From Phoronis australis (lineage: Eukaryota; Animalia; Phoronida): 64,000 bases of DNA. Shown one piece after another: positions 1 to 13,300 of this stretch; within the stretch, counting starts at the first letter, position 1, and each line of letters begins with the position of its first letter. The stretch covers positions 365,572 to 429,571 of the forward strand of contig NMRA01000371.1 in NCBI GenBank assembly GCA_002633005.1. Reading direction: 5' to 3'. A program made the translations under genes and the position numbers. The notes beneath the pieces are model-generated. The model worked only from the letters and a program-made list of their open reading frames with translations. It was not told where the DNA came from and did not search any database.

Positions 1-1270
1 TAGTGAATATTTTAAAAATTTGATCCAATTTTTGTTTCTAAGAACTAAGGGAGCAAGTGAAAATAATTTTGTGTCTTTTTGCATGAATCCGTAGACGACT
101 CAAAATGACTGCAATATGGACAGGTTGAGTGTGAAGTTATCACCTCATATAGTTTTCCATATTGACCGCTCACAGATTCCTACTGGCCATTTCTATGGCA
201 GCACAATTTGAATTCTTTTTAAAACTTTTTTCTGTTACGTTATGACAAACTCATCATGATTCCATCGAAGAATTTTCTTGTTTCATCGCATGATTATCAT
301 GTGATTATCATGTGATTACATTCGTTATGGAAGGAGGCTATGTTTGGGCTTTTAATCACATGTCGATCACTCAATACTAATTTTTAACCCAGGAGGTGCT
401 CGAAATGGACAAAGGAATAATAGGTAATTATATTTTGGGAAAGTTATGTTTTGGTTCATCATTGTCAGATTTTTAGCCTACCATCGACACGCTGGCTAGG
501 CGTCTTGTCAACGGGTTTTTCTTTTGAGGTGTCCTTCCTGTAGCCTTTAGTCTCTCCAACTTGACCCATAAGGCTGTGGGGTTCTGTGGATGGCCGTTGT
601 CCCTCTTGGGATCATCCGCCTTTTGTCAGGTCTTGTTTTCATTCCTGCACTACCCTCCTCACCAGGCAAGCCTTGTGGGGGAGTCTGTTTAGTCGCTGAC
701 CATTCGACTTTCCCTCCTCCTTTTCAAATGAAACGCCGGGCTTGGGACCGGTATCTAGCGGAGTTTTTGGTTCATACAATGTTTTTTTTAAAGCAAAACA
801 ATGACTTTTGGTTTTTTAGTGCAATTGGAAGATTTGTGTCAGCATGCTCAGAGCGTATGCAATTGATGTGTATTGAGAGTCACAGTGAGAATTTTAGCCT
901 TTGAAAACACACTTTCCAATGGCGTAATGGAGGAAACTGCGTTGCCTTGATGGAGGTTTGCAGTCACCTGATGGTTTATATTTTGCGGTCAAACATAAAT
1001 ATGACGTGAGAATTCATATGAAGTTCAAATGGTGTTAAGTTGAACTATGTGTTGGTGGTGCAGAGGTAAAGTCAACTTTTGGTAAATGAGAGAGAGAGCA
1101 GATTTGAATCTTTTAATTGTAACTTCAGTCATGGGAAAATGATGTGCAATTTGAAATGGTGTTATGGTCAATATCACGATTTACTGAGCCCGTGATACTA
1201 CTATATAATACTCCAAAATCTGCTCAAATCCTATTCTAAGTCAAATTATTTGTTTATTTGTTAATTACAG

Positions 1271-1380
1271 GTTCATCTCAAGCGACATTTTTGATTGAAA
1301 GCATAATGGAACATGTAGCCAAGAGTTTGAACAAAGATCCATCAGAAATAAAGAAACTGAATTTGTACAAACAAGGCCAG
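1271..1380 (+). CDS. AOX/XDH-like exon: [37 protein letters not shown]
   Basis: ttacag acceptor, CAG|gtaatg donor; IME-HVA-DP-NLY segment typical of the family. Confidence 0.9.
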
Positions 1381-4300
1381 GTAATGACCACTTCATGATC
1401 CATCAGAAATAAAGAAACTGAATTTGTACAAACAAGGCCAGGTAATGACCACTTCATGATCCATCAGAGATAAAGAAACTGAATTTACATGTCGTGAACA
1501 CATCCACTAAAACAAGAAACTGTAGGAACACCGCATTTATCCACCTTCACTCTTATCAGGCTTCTATTGTGAGTCAGCATGCGTGAATAATTGGCTGATA
1601 AGCCACCTCTGGAACTACTTTGGGCTGAATGGATGACCAGGCCATAAAATGATAATTAGCCAAGACCAGTTACTATAATGCAACAAAGAACAAGTAATAA
1701 TGTCTTGCATCACCTAGCCTTGGTGGAAAGCTGTATACTGTATTGGCTCAAACAAACGCTTAGAAAAATTCATTTCACGGGGAGGGGACGCTTATTGTAG
1801 TGAGCCTACGGNNNNNNNNNNNNNNNNNNNNNNNNNNNNNNNNNNNNNNNNNNNNNNNNNNNNNNNNNNNNNNNNNNNNNNNNNNNNNNNNNNNNNNNNN
1901 NNNNNNNNNNNNNNNNNNNNNNNNNNNNNNNNNNNNNNNNNNNNNNNNNNNNNNNNNNNNNNNNNNNNNNNNNNNNNNNNNNNNNNNNNNNNNNNNNNNN
2001 NNNNNNNNNNNNNNNNNNNNNNNNNNNNNNNNNNNNNNNNNNNNNNNNNNNNNNNNNNNNNNNNNNNNNNNNNNNNNNNNNNNNNNNNNNNNNNNNNNNN
2101 NNNNNNNNNNNNNNNNNNNNNNNNNNNNNNNNNNNNNNNNNNNNNNNNNNNNNNNNNNNNNNNNNNNNNNNNNNNNNNGCTCGTGACTCGATGAATAGAG
2201 CAGCTTGGCGGCATCCCTTTGAGCATGAGCCGAGCGCGTCTCAGCCAAGGTGGATAAATACGGTCTAGTTCAATTTTCCGTACCCCGCCGTTTACCTTAA
2301 ACACCGGGGTTAGAACCAATTTTATTTAGTGGGAATGTTCATAGCATGTATACAAACAAGGCCAGGTAATGACCACTTCATGATCTATCAGAGATAAACA
2401 AACTGAATTTATACAAACAAGGCCAGGTAATGAACACTTCATGGTCCATCAGAGATAAAGAAACTGAATTTGTACAAACAAGGCCAGGTAATGACCACTT
2501 CATGTCCTTGTCCATAAGATCTGAGATGTAACAAATACCCTTTTCACACCAATACCTCCAAAACAGAGTTTCTACACCAATCCACAAATCTTGTTTTTCT
2601 TGAATTATGCAGTTGTTTTTTACATTGAGAAGAATCAATTGTGTGTCCAAAATGAGTCTTGTAACGATTTGTGGGAATTTACTCACTTCTCCTCTCTCCA
2701 TAAACCATTACAGTAATGAAACATAGTGATTAGGTCTGAAAAACCTCAAACATGTTATTCTCATGTGAACACAATCTTGTTTTATTTGGGAACTGGGAGA
2801 TGGGGATGGCGTAAGCAATAGCACTGCTTGAACATTTTATTATTATGTTGCCACACTGTTGACTTGGCTTGAACATGTCATAACCGTTACATTTCTCATC
2901 TCAATTAAATATGCAAGTACGTATCTGTGAATGTGTGCAGCATGATGAGACTGCCTGGTCAGGAGGCTGTGTCTACTGCAAAAATAAAATAATTCTATCA
3001 TCTCTCTCATCAAAATTCACCCATATATTTTGTGTAAGTGAATTTCAAAGTGGTTGCATGCAATCACTTGGTAACAGTTCTGAATAAGCTTGGCACACTG
3101 AGGTGTACCTGGAAACTTAGTTCACTCCTACGCTAACATTTGGGATTTTGTTACCCCAACGCCTAAGTGAGCCTAAACCAGAGTGTGACTAACCGTCCTA
3201 ATCAGTTCACAAATTGAAGCTCCTGGCTCAGCTGCAATGCTGAAGAAAACTTATCTCGCTAATTTCTCTTAATTATAGATGAACCAATTTTAAGAAGTCA
3301 ATGATGGCTACTATTTTAAAACTGAGTCATGTTGGCCTCTGCAATTATCTCATCCAACATGTTCAGCCAAGCACATGAATAGCGATTAGCCCATTTTGTT
3401 ATCTGTGACGGCTTTTTCTGAGCCTTTGATGTACTGATACCCTTGGGTATGGTGCATGCTTTCTCGTCCACTTGCATGCAATCCTGTCAAGGTAAGATTT
3501 GCCTAATGCAGTCTAGTTTATGAGTTGACTTTATCCCATGCAGCTTTATTAGACACAGTAATTGGTGGAACCATGTTTCAGGTCACTCCAACTGGGATGA
3601 CCCTGAAGTATTGGAATGTTGACACTCTTATTGGACAGCTAGAGACATCTAGTGACTTCACCAAGAGACAGCAGGAGATTGAGACATTTAATAAGGTGAG
3701 TGGATGCATAAATCCCATTTGTAAGCTTATATGTTCACAGGAATAGAAACAATTTGATGTAATTTTGCCTTAATTGTTCTGAAAACATATTAAAGCTGTA
3801 TGCAAACAGTCATTATAATTATGCATAAACATAATTATATAATGGTGTATCGATTCATGGTAATTCAGAAGTTTGTTGTACTTCAAGTTGTTAAGATGCA
3901 TGAAAAGCAAATCAAGGCAGTGTTAATGTAAGTGATGCACAATGTTCTCAAAGCCACGATGTCGTCTTAAATTGTTGGCAAAGCCATATAATACTGTTTT
4001 GTACCATTCGAAGTGAGTGTTAAAACCAAGAAATTTCCATGATCTGATCCAGAATCACATTCGATTAAACTTGATAGACAAGCCTATTTTGTTGGTACGC
4101 ATGCTGTGGTTAGTGAGCCAGTCAAAGCTTTTTTTACAGTCACACAAAAAATCAACACCTGAAAGTTAAGTCACCCATTTTGTTCAATGTTTGTGGATGA
4201 TAGTATAAAAACACATTTTCACGACATTTGTTGAATTTTGCTTAAAACAGTATTTCTTGAATATCGGTTAGCGTGAGGCACACTGTTTACAACATAATTG

Positions 4301-7300
4301 CTGGATGTAATAGGTAAGCTTAATTATCAGGTGAATGCACACAATGAAAGACGACACTAAGAGAAAATTGGTTGGCTAATTTTTCACATGATTATCGCTG
4401 TCAAACTGATAACAACATGGCTGTATCCGGACTAGCTGATCAGTGGAATCGGGATTTTCGATCATCGCACAGCAGGGTGGTGTAACAACTGAGTGACAAT
4501 GTTGCAGGCTAACAGGTGGAAGAAGAAGGCTCTTTCACTTGTACCGCACAAGTTTGGTGCCACTTGGCAAGGGGGAAGGTATCCTGTTTTTGTCACCATC
4601 TTTAACGGCGATGGAACCATAGGTGTCGCTCATGGTGGTGTTGAGTCTGGACAAGGTTGTGATGTCAAGGTAGCTGCGATATTTTAAAGCATCCAGTCAT
4701 TACTAACCCCTCGTGTTTTGCTGCAATAGGCCTTTTGCGAGTTTATAACAATAACGCGAGATTATGTGAGACTTAACTGTGACGTCACGGGAAGTGGGGC
4801 AAAAGCTTGTCATTTGGTCATTTGCCCAATACGGTAGCAGAGTGTATTCTGTTATTGTCTTCGAGTTTTTAGCCATTTAGTTCGAAAAATGCCCAAAAGC
4901 ATTGCTGTTATGGCAAATGAACGTCAGATTCGCACTACAATACGTTCTATCGCGTTGTGTACTAATTTCGTCCCGTGTATTTTAAACGGGTGGTAGGCGA
5001 AATCCGCTCACTGGTAAAGTTTTCACCTCGTCGAAAATACATTCTACACCTAAAATTAGCACCTAAAAGGCTCTTACTTTCTTCAGTGACTCTTTCTGCT
5101 TCTAAACATATCTTCGATGAAGCATATATACGGGAATTCAGGTGACTTAGGCGAAGAATTCCAACTCCACTTTGTGGTTACTGTTAACTTTGTCCGCGCG
5201 CGCGATTACCACAATCAAGTATTTCAACTGAGTCAGGTGAGTATGAGGCAAAGGCTAGCGCGAGACTGAGCGAAGCGCGAGATCTGGCGCGTGACCTGGC
5301 GCGTGACACTTGCAAAATAGCATGAGAAAATATCAAGTGAAATTTGTAAGATTTGTGTCCCTTGGACTTTTTGTTCGTCAACAGGCGTGATTTCACGTAA
5401 CTTCCTCAAAATGGCGGCTCTTTAGTGAGAGAAACTCGAGAGAACCGCGAGGTTTTCATGAATATGCTCAAGTTATTTGTAGACTAAATTGTGTCCAGAG
5501 TCAGGGTATGTGTTAATTATAACTTCATGTGCACATATGCATGTTTCATTTGATTTTATTTGCTGTATTTTGAAGTGAATATCTTTTTATGGGGATACAC
5601 TATCGCCCCTGTATGCCTGCGCCATTCAGGCCTAGAGCGGGTTAAGTTCCAATTTCAGTCCGTTCACAGCTTCGCACAACATAACAAGGTCACATTTTCT
5701 TCGTCTATTCACAGTTATTCCACGACCCATCTACCATATCTTAAGTTGTTTTAACGTTTTAAGCGTAAAATTCACCATAAGAACTCCAGTAAGTTTTAGC
5801 GTGTGTAGCAAAGACTCGGGGCAAAACAAGAGCAATATGGCGGGTTTTGCCCCCTTTCCAGTGACGTCACAGTGACTAGTGAGAAACTCGCAAGTGAGCT
5901 ATTCCAGCAAAATTAGAAAAGTTAAACCCATTTAACTGGAAACCCTTAGGAGTGCCCTGCTCTCTTCTTGAGGATGGTGGAATGATTAAAGTGGTGGGAC
6001 AGATGGCACTCAATTCTTGCTGTTTCTTAATCACCAGAAATGATTAATAGGAGCGCCTTGAAAGGAAGATAGCCTCCTTAACGCATCTTTTCGAACTATA
6101 GTTCTTGTCCTTACCCAAGATTTCAACTCTGTCGTTATCGAACTCATAACCATTCGCATATTCCACCATCCTTCAAGAAGGGAGTAGCACAGTCCTTTCA
6201 AGGATTTTTAGTCATTGATTTATGAACTTTCCTGGTTGATTAATTAAGATTTACATTTCAAAAGAAATGGATTTGGAAATGCAGATATCAGTCTCGCCTA
6301 TGGTTGTTAATTAAAGCTTTTCAGTGTCAAACAGAAGTTAAATTTCACAGCCGTACCTTTACTATTCAATTTGTGGTAAATTGTATAGTATACATTATTA
6401 CGTACATAGAGATGTATTTTGTATCTATTGTTAAGATATACAGTGCTGTATTGACAGGCATGTTCTGTTTCAGGTGCTTCAGACAGTGGCCTTTGAACTG
6501 GGCGTACCTCTGAACATGGTCACAATACAACCAAACAATTCTCTGACCAACTCCAACTGTGCGACTACAGGGGGCAGCATAACTAGTGAACTCGTCTGCT
6601 ATGTAAGTCAATAGACCACTAATCTACTCTTAAGTTCAATGTAAAAACTGGAAATTTCCGATGGGTATATGCAGTGCTGAAGTTTGAGATGACAAAAATA
6701 ATTAAAAGTGTTCATAGCCTGGGATATTTAATATAAAAACTGGACATTTTGTTATTGGGAAGAATGCAGTTGTATGTAAATCTTAATTGCGTCCCAGGAT
6801 CAGAACTGCTGTTACTACACATTCATTCTCAATGAATCACGACAAATGGTGAAGCCAATATTCAGCTCACTACAGATTATATCCGAAGTGATGAAACAAT
6901 GTCAAAAGACTTTTAAAGTAAAGAAAAATATGTCTAATGTGCTGTGTCTTATGACTGGCTACAGTTTACATGGCAGGTGTCACAATGTGATCTAGCTTAG
7001 GGTTCCATAAAATTGTGTGAAGCTGGAAAAACAACAACGTAGAAAGAGGCTCTTTCTTTGTTATAAAAACTTATCCAATCGAAACGAATAATTGCATTTC
7101 GGAAACTTAGCCAGACATATTCAAAGCGAAGCCGTTTTTCGTAAACAAAAATAAATTTTAGTTACCACCATGTTCACTGAGTGAAGCCAAATCTCAAATC
7201 ATTTATGAGACCTCATTGGTATGTTGTAAAAAAACATTTCAACAGATGTTTTAGTGAATTCATGATCAATAATTTTTAAATGCACAAAAAACCACGATGA

Positions 7301-10300
7301 CATTAATTTTTTAAACCTTTGCCTGATCTGGAAGTGGGTGTGCGGCACTGCTTTTTAAGGAGCGCAGTGGAAATTTTTTTGGAATCATTTATGAGACTTG
7401 CATAAACTCAACAATAGTGTGTTAATTAAAATGAAGATATGGAAACTAAAATCTTTACAAAGCAATGATGATGTGCGAAATCAATACACAGTTTTGAAAG
7501 TTTTTGGCGGACATTTAGGAAAAAATTCTGGCCTTTGAAATTGGTTGCTTATCATTTACGAGCCTTCATTTAGGGGATGTCAATTTTCTAATTAGCTCAA
7601 GTCCAATAAATTTACCTACTATTGGCATGGGTGACCTGAATATAGGTCAGTTTTTCAAGAACAAGCACGTGCGCTTCAGCCAACATTAATACTGTCTGAG
7701 AATACTCGGTAAAGCGGTCAGCGGAACTTTTGGGTAAGTTTTTCAGTAATTCCAGATACGTTCAAGACGTCAGATGAATTGCTGGACTACCCTTATTTCT
7801 CTGAATGACGTTTAAAGCCGAGTTAAAATTGCCCTGAAAAGGTTTTTGGCCTTAACAGTCTTTAGAGTTAACGCTTTCTTGAATTACCTGAAGTCGTCAT
7901 TTATGGGACGTGACTTGTTACGTGTTAGATGTCAGACACAGTTATATGGCAAATGAAAAAATGTTGAGTGCAAGCTTTGGGATTTACCCGTACGTTTTTG
8001 AATTACAAATTTCTCCAATTTCACAACCAATATGTGATCATGATCAAAGATGTTTTTTGTGACGGAAGGGCTGATTTATGACTGCTTGAAGCAGTTTTCA
8101 AACGTAGGACAAATGAAAATTAAACTTATAATTATTTTTATATATGAATTGAAGCATTAATGTTCAGAACGATTAATGTTTTTGCTGATAAACGAGTTTT
8201 TTTACCTTGTTCTGGCACGTGTTTTTAAATGGCCAGTCATCTGGTATTCATGGTGTCATGTTCCTCTGTCAGGGTGCTATCCAGTGCTGCAGTAAACTGA
8301 AGGAGAGGATGAAACCAGTGAGAGACAGTCTTCCTGCTACAGCTACATGGACAGATGTAGTCCACAAGTGTTACAATGATGGCGTAGATTTGGCATACAG
8401 ATTCTTGTAAGTTGGTCATTTCGTGCTTCTAAGAGATCACTCTTTTTGAAGAGGTTAGGACAAATTTGTCCAAAGGTAAAATGGATTAACTTAATTTGAA
8501 GTCAGTTTTTTTCAAGTAATCTAAGAAATTTTGGATGAATATCATCAAAAGCTCACAACTTTTACCAGAGTAGGTATTTCAAATGCTGAAGTCTCAGTTA
8601 CATTAAGGAGGATGGTCTGTTGACTAATTGTAGGACTTTGAGCATTGTGTGAAGGAGAGATATCCTAAATATAGAATGGAGCTACTATACTGTGTCAACT
8701 TGCACAGGCATAAGAGGTCCGTCGGAGTTGTTGAACATGTTCAAGGGCTAAGTTTCTTGGTGTATTACTTGTGTAATTGTTACATGAGGGGTGACGTAAT
8801 TATAACCATTTCTGTTTATTCTTTTTATTATTGATTTGGATCAGTGACTGAATAATTCAAGAGTATAGGGAATACATTTTGGTGTTTGAACGTTGTTTCT
8901 TTTGTATTTTGCTGATGATTTGATTCTTTTTTCATTTAGTCTAGTAGAGAAAACTTTTGAGTTGTATCGGTATTGTCAAATGTGAAAACTTGTGGCTCAC
9001 TTATTTAGTAAGACAAAAATTATTGCTTTTGGAAGAGCTGACATTAAAAGGAATGAAGGCTGGTTTAGTTGCAACTGATGTTTTGAGGAGACTGTGTGGT
9101 TCAGTGGTTTGACCTCTGCAGGACTCCTGTTTGGGAGAGCCGGGTTTGAATCCTGGCTTTACTGTCAGACAATCGAGCATTGCACAAAAGTGTCCCCTAC
9201 TCCTCTAAGTATCCCTGAACCTCTTAGGGAAGTTAGTGCTTGATGCTAATCATGATAGGTCTCTGAGCTGGAAAAGCAATTAGTGGTTTGAGAAATGGAG
9301 TTTTCTATTCATTTACCATCCAAGTAAGCCTAAAGTTATTTGATTGTTAAGTTCTACCAATGGTACAGTGTGTGAATTATAGTGGTTTAATGAAGGAGAT
9401 GATTTTCATAATCCCAACTACGTAACATACTTGTCATCTAGTGATATGTAGTGAGGTGAAGTTGGCACATTCTTGAGAACATCAAATGGGCATTATTATT
9501 TGACTTTGTTTAACAAAAACATAAAGACAAAGTCTGTGATCCCGTAAATTTTTCTTTTTTTTCCTTAGAAAATGCAATGGGCATCAAATTAAAACACAAA
9601 AGAAAAAATGCTGCACGGTTAATTCTGTGGATTATGGTACTCAGAATAAACATTTAGTTGTAATACATCGGTGTAAGAAAGTCAGTAATACCAGGAAATG
9701 TAATGGCAGTCATTAAAACACAAAACTCACATTGTATAACAAAATTATCGTATTTTCAAAAGGATATTTAAAATCATTAAAGTTAATTAGAGGTGCATTT
9801 TCAGTAACTAAATTTCACTTTTTTGCCAGGAGTGCCTTTGTTTAGGCGGCTGTAACGGAAATAATAAGTTGGTGGCCCTCACATTGGGAAATGTGTAGTT
9901 GGCAAAGGCCAAAATACAAAATATGTAAATTTATTTTTATAAAATCAATGATAATTGAAAACTGCATGAGTAAATGTGTTGATTATATTATACCTTGTGC
10001 CGATAAGCATAATTTTATATTCATGGCAAACTTTGGGAAAAGGAAATTGTCTATGGCAAAAGTCAGTCATATGCACCAGAAGAGAATTAGGTAAGTTTTG
10101 GCAGACAGGGTATCTGATAACAAGTCTGCATTTAAGGCCTACTAATCAATTTCGCTGTCGAGGTAGAAACTTACTACAATTCAAAAAGTAGCTGTTAAGG
10201 TGTTCTAATAGTGTAGACCATTAAAATGTTCTACAATATTAATACTCGCTTGTCTTCATTTCCTTTCAGTGTAAATGAGGGGCTATCATCTGTGATGGTC

Positions 10301-13300
10301 TATAATTGCTATGGAGTGTGTGTAACTGAGGTGGAGCTGGACGTGCTAACTGGAGAGAACCAGACCAACAGAGTTGACCTATTGATGGACGTGGGCACTA
10401 GGTGGGTGTGGGCACTAGGTGGGTGTGGGCACTAGGTGGGTGTGAGCACCAGGTGGGTATGGTGCTGACTGTGGGGCTTTTTACAGTCTTAATTCTCTGT
10501 AGAGAGAGAAGTTTTTGTGGTGACATTCAATTTAAAGTAGCAATCATAAAATTCATCCCAGTTGGACTATACTTGAGAGGTGAAACAAAACACAGACATT
10601 TTATATGTTGATTTAGACAAGGTGACATGATTATAAAATTCAGGTTACAACCTGTTCATTACTAAGATCAGGAATAATTTTAAGTCTTTAGTTGACTATA
10701 GAACTGTGTGTTATACTGCTTGAGGTCATGCTGGGTGGGTGTATAGAATAACCCAATAGAAGTGAATTCTGGATGCGGGAAAAGCAGACTGTGGCTCAGT
10801 AAAGTGACTGGACCCTGAGCTGGTCATTTTATGTGCTGAGCATGACAGTCTAGAAGTTATAAAAAGCTGTCTGTTCTTACCAAAGTGTAGAAATCACTTT
10901 ATTTTAATCATGAAAAAATTGAGAGCAGTCTATTTAATGTGGTCTAATTTGTCAAATATTTTTTATGGAAGTTGTCCTTATAGCAGCTTCAACTTTGTTG
11001 TTCACAGCAGCTTTGACCATGTGTTTCATTTCTCAGTATCAACCCAGAAATAGACGTTGGTCAGATAGAGGGTGGATTCATGATGGGTATGGGGGGCCTG
11101 TTGACCGAAGAGAAGCTGTATGACCAGAAGACAGGCAAATGCTTGACTGCAGGAACTTGGGTAAGTACATTACATGACTAAAGCACAGACAAAATCTCGT
11201 TTCGCTGTCATGATTCCGTTAACTGTAAAAAGTGACAATAAATATTGTGGTGCCAAAATTCTATTTACAAACTGGTGTAGCCACCTTCCTAAATGACCTT
11301 CATTATTCTAATTCGTGAGAGAAGGCTATACTGACAATAAATTTGGCTTCTACCCATCATGACTGGGTTTACATGTCATTTTGTCTGAATATACTTTTAG
11401 CGTGTAGGCCTTAGTGTTGTGTCTTACTTAACCTGCAATGTGGTAAAAACAAATTTTGGATAATAATACTGGTCAGAACTGCTTAGTTTCATTTTTCAAG
11501 ACTTTTTGTTGTGAATTTCCAAATCCTTTCAAATTATTGTGAACTTTATGTCAATTGTCAGCATTTCTGTTCTTGTTGACAAAGGAAGTTATTACATCCG
11601 GAAATTTCAAATTTCATTTGATCCATTCTTGTTGTTTTATTTACCAATTTATATCCTAGAGTTAGAGTGTGGAAATTGAAAGCAATAAAGTATAATACTG
11701 TATTGCCATCAATTAACATTTTTATTGCAAGATTTCCCATGTTATGAAAACAAGAGAAATAAAATTTCACTTGCCTTCCTAATTATATCCTTAAGTGGGT
11801 AAGAATGTACCATTTAATGTCTGTCATTCATTGGTAAATAGTGAAACCACCAAATGTCCATTTGATTCTGACAGTATACACTGTTCAGCGTAGTTGTTTC
11901 AAGCCATTCTTTGGCCTCTTTGTCTTATTAATAACCAATCAGTATATAAAGGAAGCTACTGTTTGCTTAAGCTTAATGAGTCTAAATTTTCAAGAAAACT
12001 GTATTTTATTGAGCATTTCATTTGTTAATATTGTGAGAAGACTGAAAATGTTTTGCGCAATTTAAATGAAATTGCGACTTCCATGCGTAATTGTTCTCAC
12101 CTCAGGAATACAAGCCTCCAGCCTCCAAGGATATTCCAGTGGATTTCCGTGTGTCACTTCTCAAGAATGCGCCCAATCCAGTGGGTGTTCTTGGCAGTAA
12201 AGGTAATTTCTGTGTGTTGTACAAAAATGTGGATACCTTACCCTGGTATTGAATTAGGCTCACCTGAAATTTTTGAGAGACTGTCTTGTAGTGCTTCAAT
12301 CAGTAACTGTAATATGTATACTGCACTGTTGTCGGGTTTATTGACAATGGCGGAGTAATGTGTATAGATACAAAATAACCAATCACAATTCCTAATGCGT
12401 TCTGGGCTAGGCTATTCAAAACCCACAAGGGTTAATAAAACAGATATCTTTAATATGCAGCCATGACCTTGTACCCTTTGTTAAGCTGTTATTACTTACA
12501 CAGTCCAACTGGTACTATTGTAAGACTAAGAGCAGGTTTCACAAAGAGCTACTGACTTTGCATATTGCGTGTGCACGACACTGATGATCTGCAACTATCC
12601 GCAAAGTTCTAAGCCACTACGCAACTTGTAATCCCCTCTGAGCCCAAAATGAGTAATTGGTAAACCAACACTGTATGAACTGTATTCTATTTAAGGTATT
12701 GGTCATCCCTCAGTTTCTAGTTAAGCTATTCTCTTCTAGCTATTGGTGAGACCCTAAGATGTATAATTGGTGCTTTCTTTCAGCTATTGGTGAGCCCCCA
12801 ACATGTATAAGTTGTGCAGTTTTATTGGCTGCTAAGCATGCAGTGGAGGCAGCCAGAAAAGACATGGGTCATGACGTCTACTTCCCAATGAGTGAGTACA
12901 GCTGTACTAATGCACTAATTTTGACTTTTACATAATAGCTGGATAACAAACCGTAGATTGATACATTCAGGGCCATAAACCTTAGTTTGTTAAGCTGTGT
13001 TTACTTCCTCAAGCCAACTGGGACACAAGAGCACGGTTCACAAAGAATTACTTTCACAAAGAACTACTTTCACTGACCTTGCACGTCAATTTCAAAAGGC
13101 CTATTGCGTGTGAGCAAACCCCGTGATTTACAACCTTCTGGAAAATTCTAAAGTAATATACCAACTAGTTACCCCTTGAAGCAGAAAATGATAGGAATTT
13201 GTTAAAAGGGGAATTTTGAAACAAAATTTTTCTGTAGCCTTTGCCTAGCATCATGTGTGGTATGGTTCAGGGTGTATATTAAAGAAAACAAATATTTTGT

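Noticed and set aside
1775-2319. ORFs rich in X
   Set aside because: Artefacts of the N gap at 1812-2178
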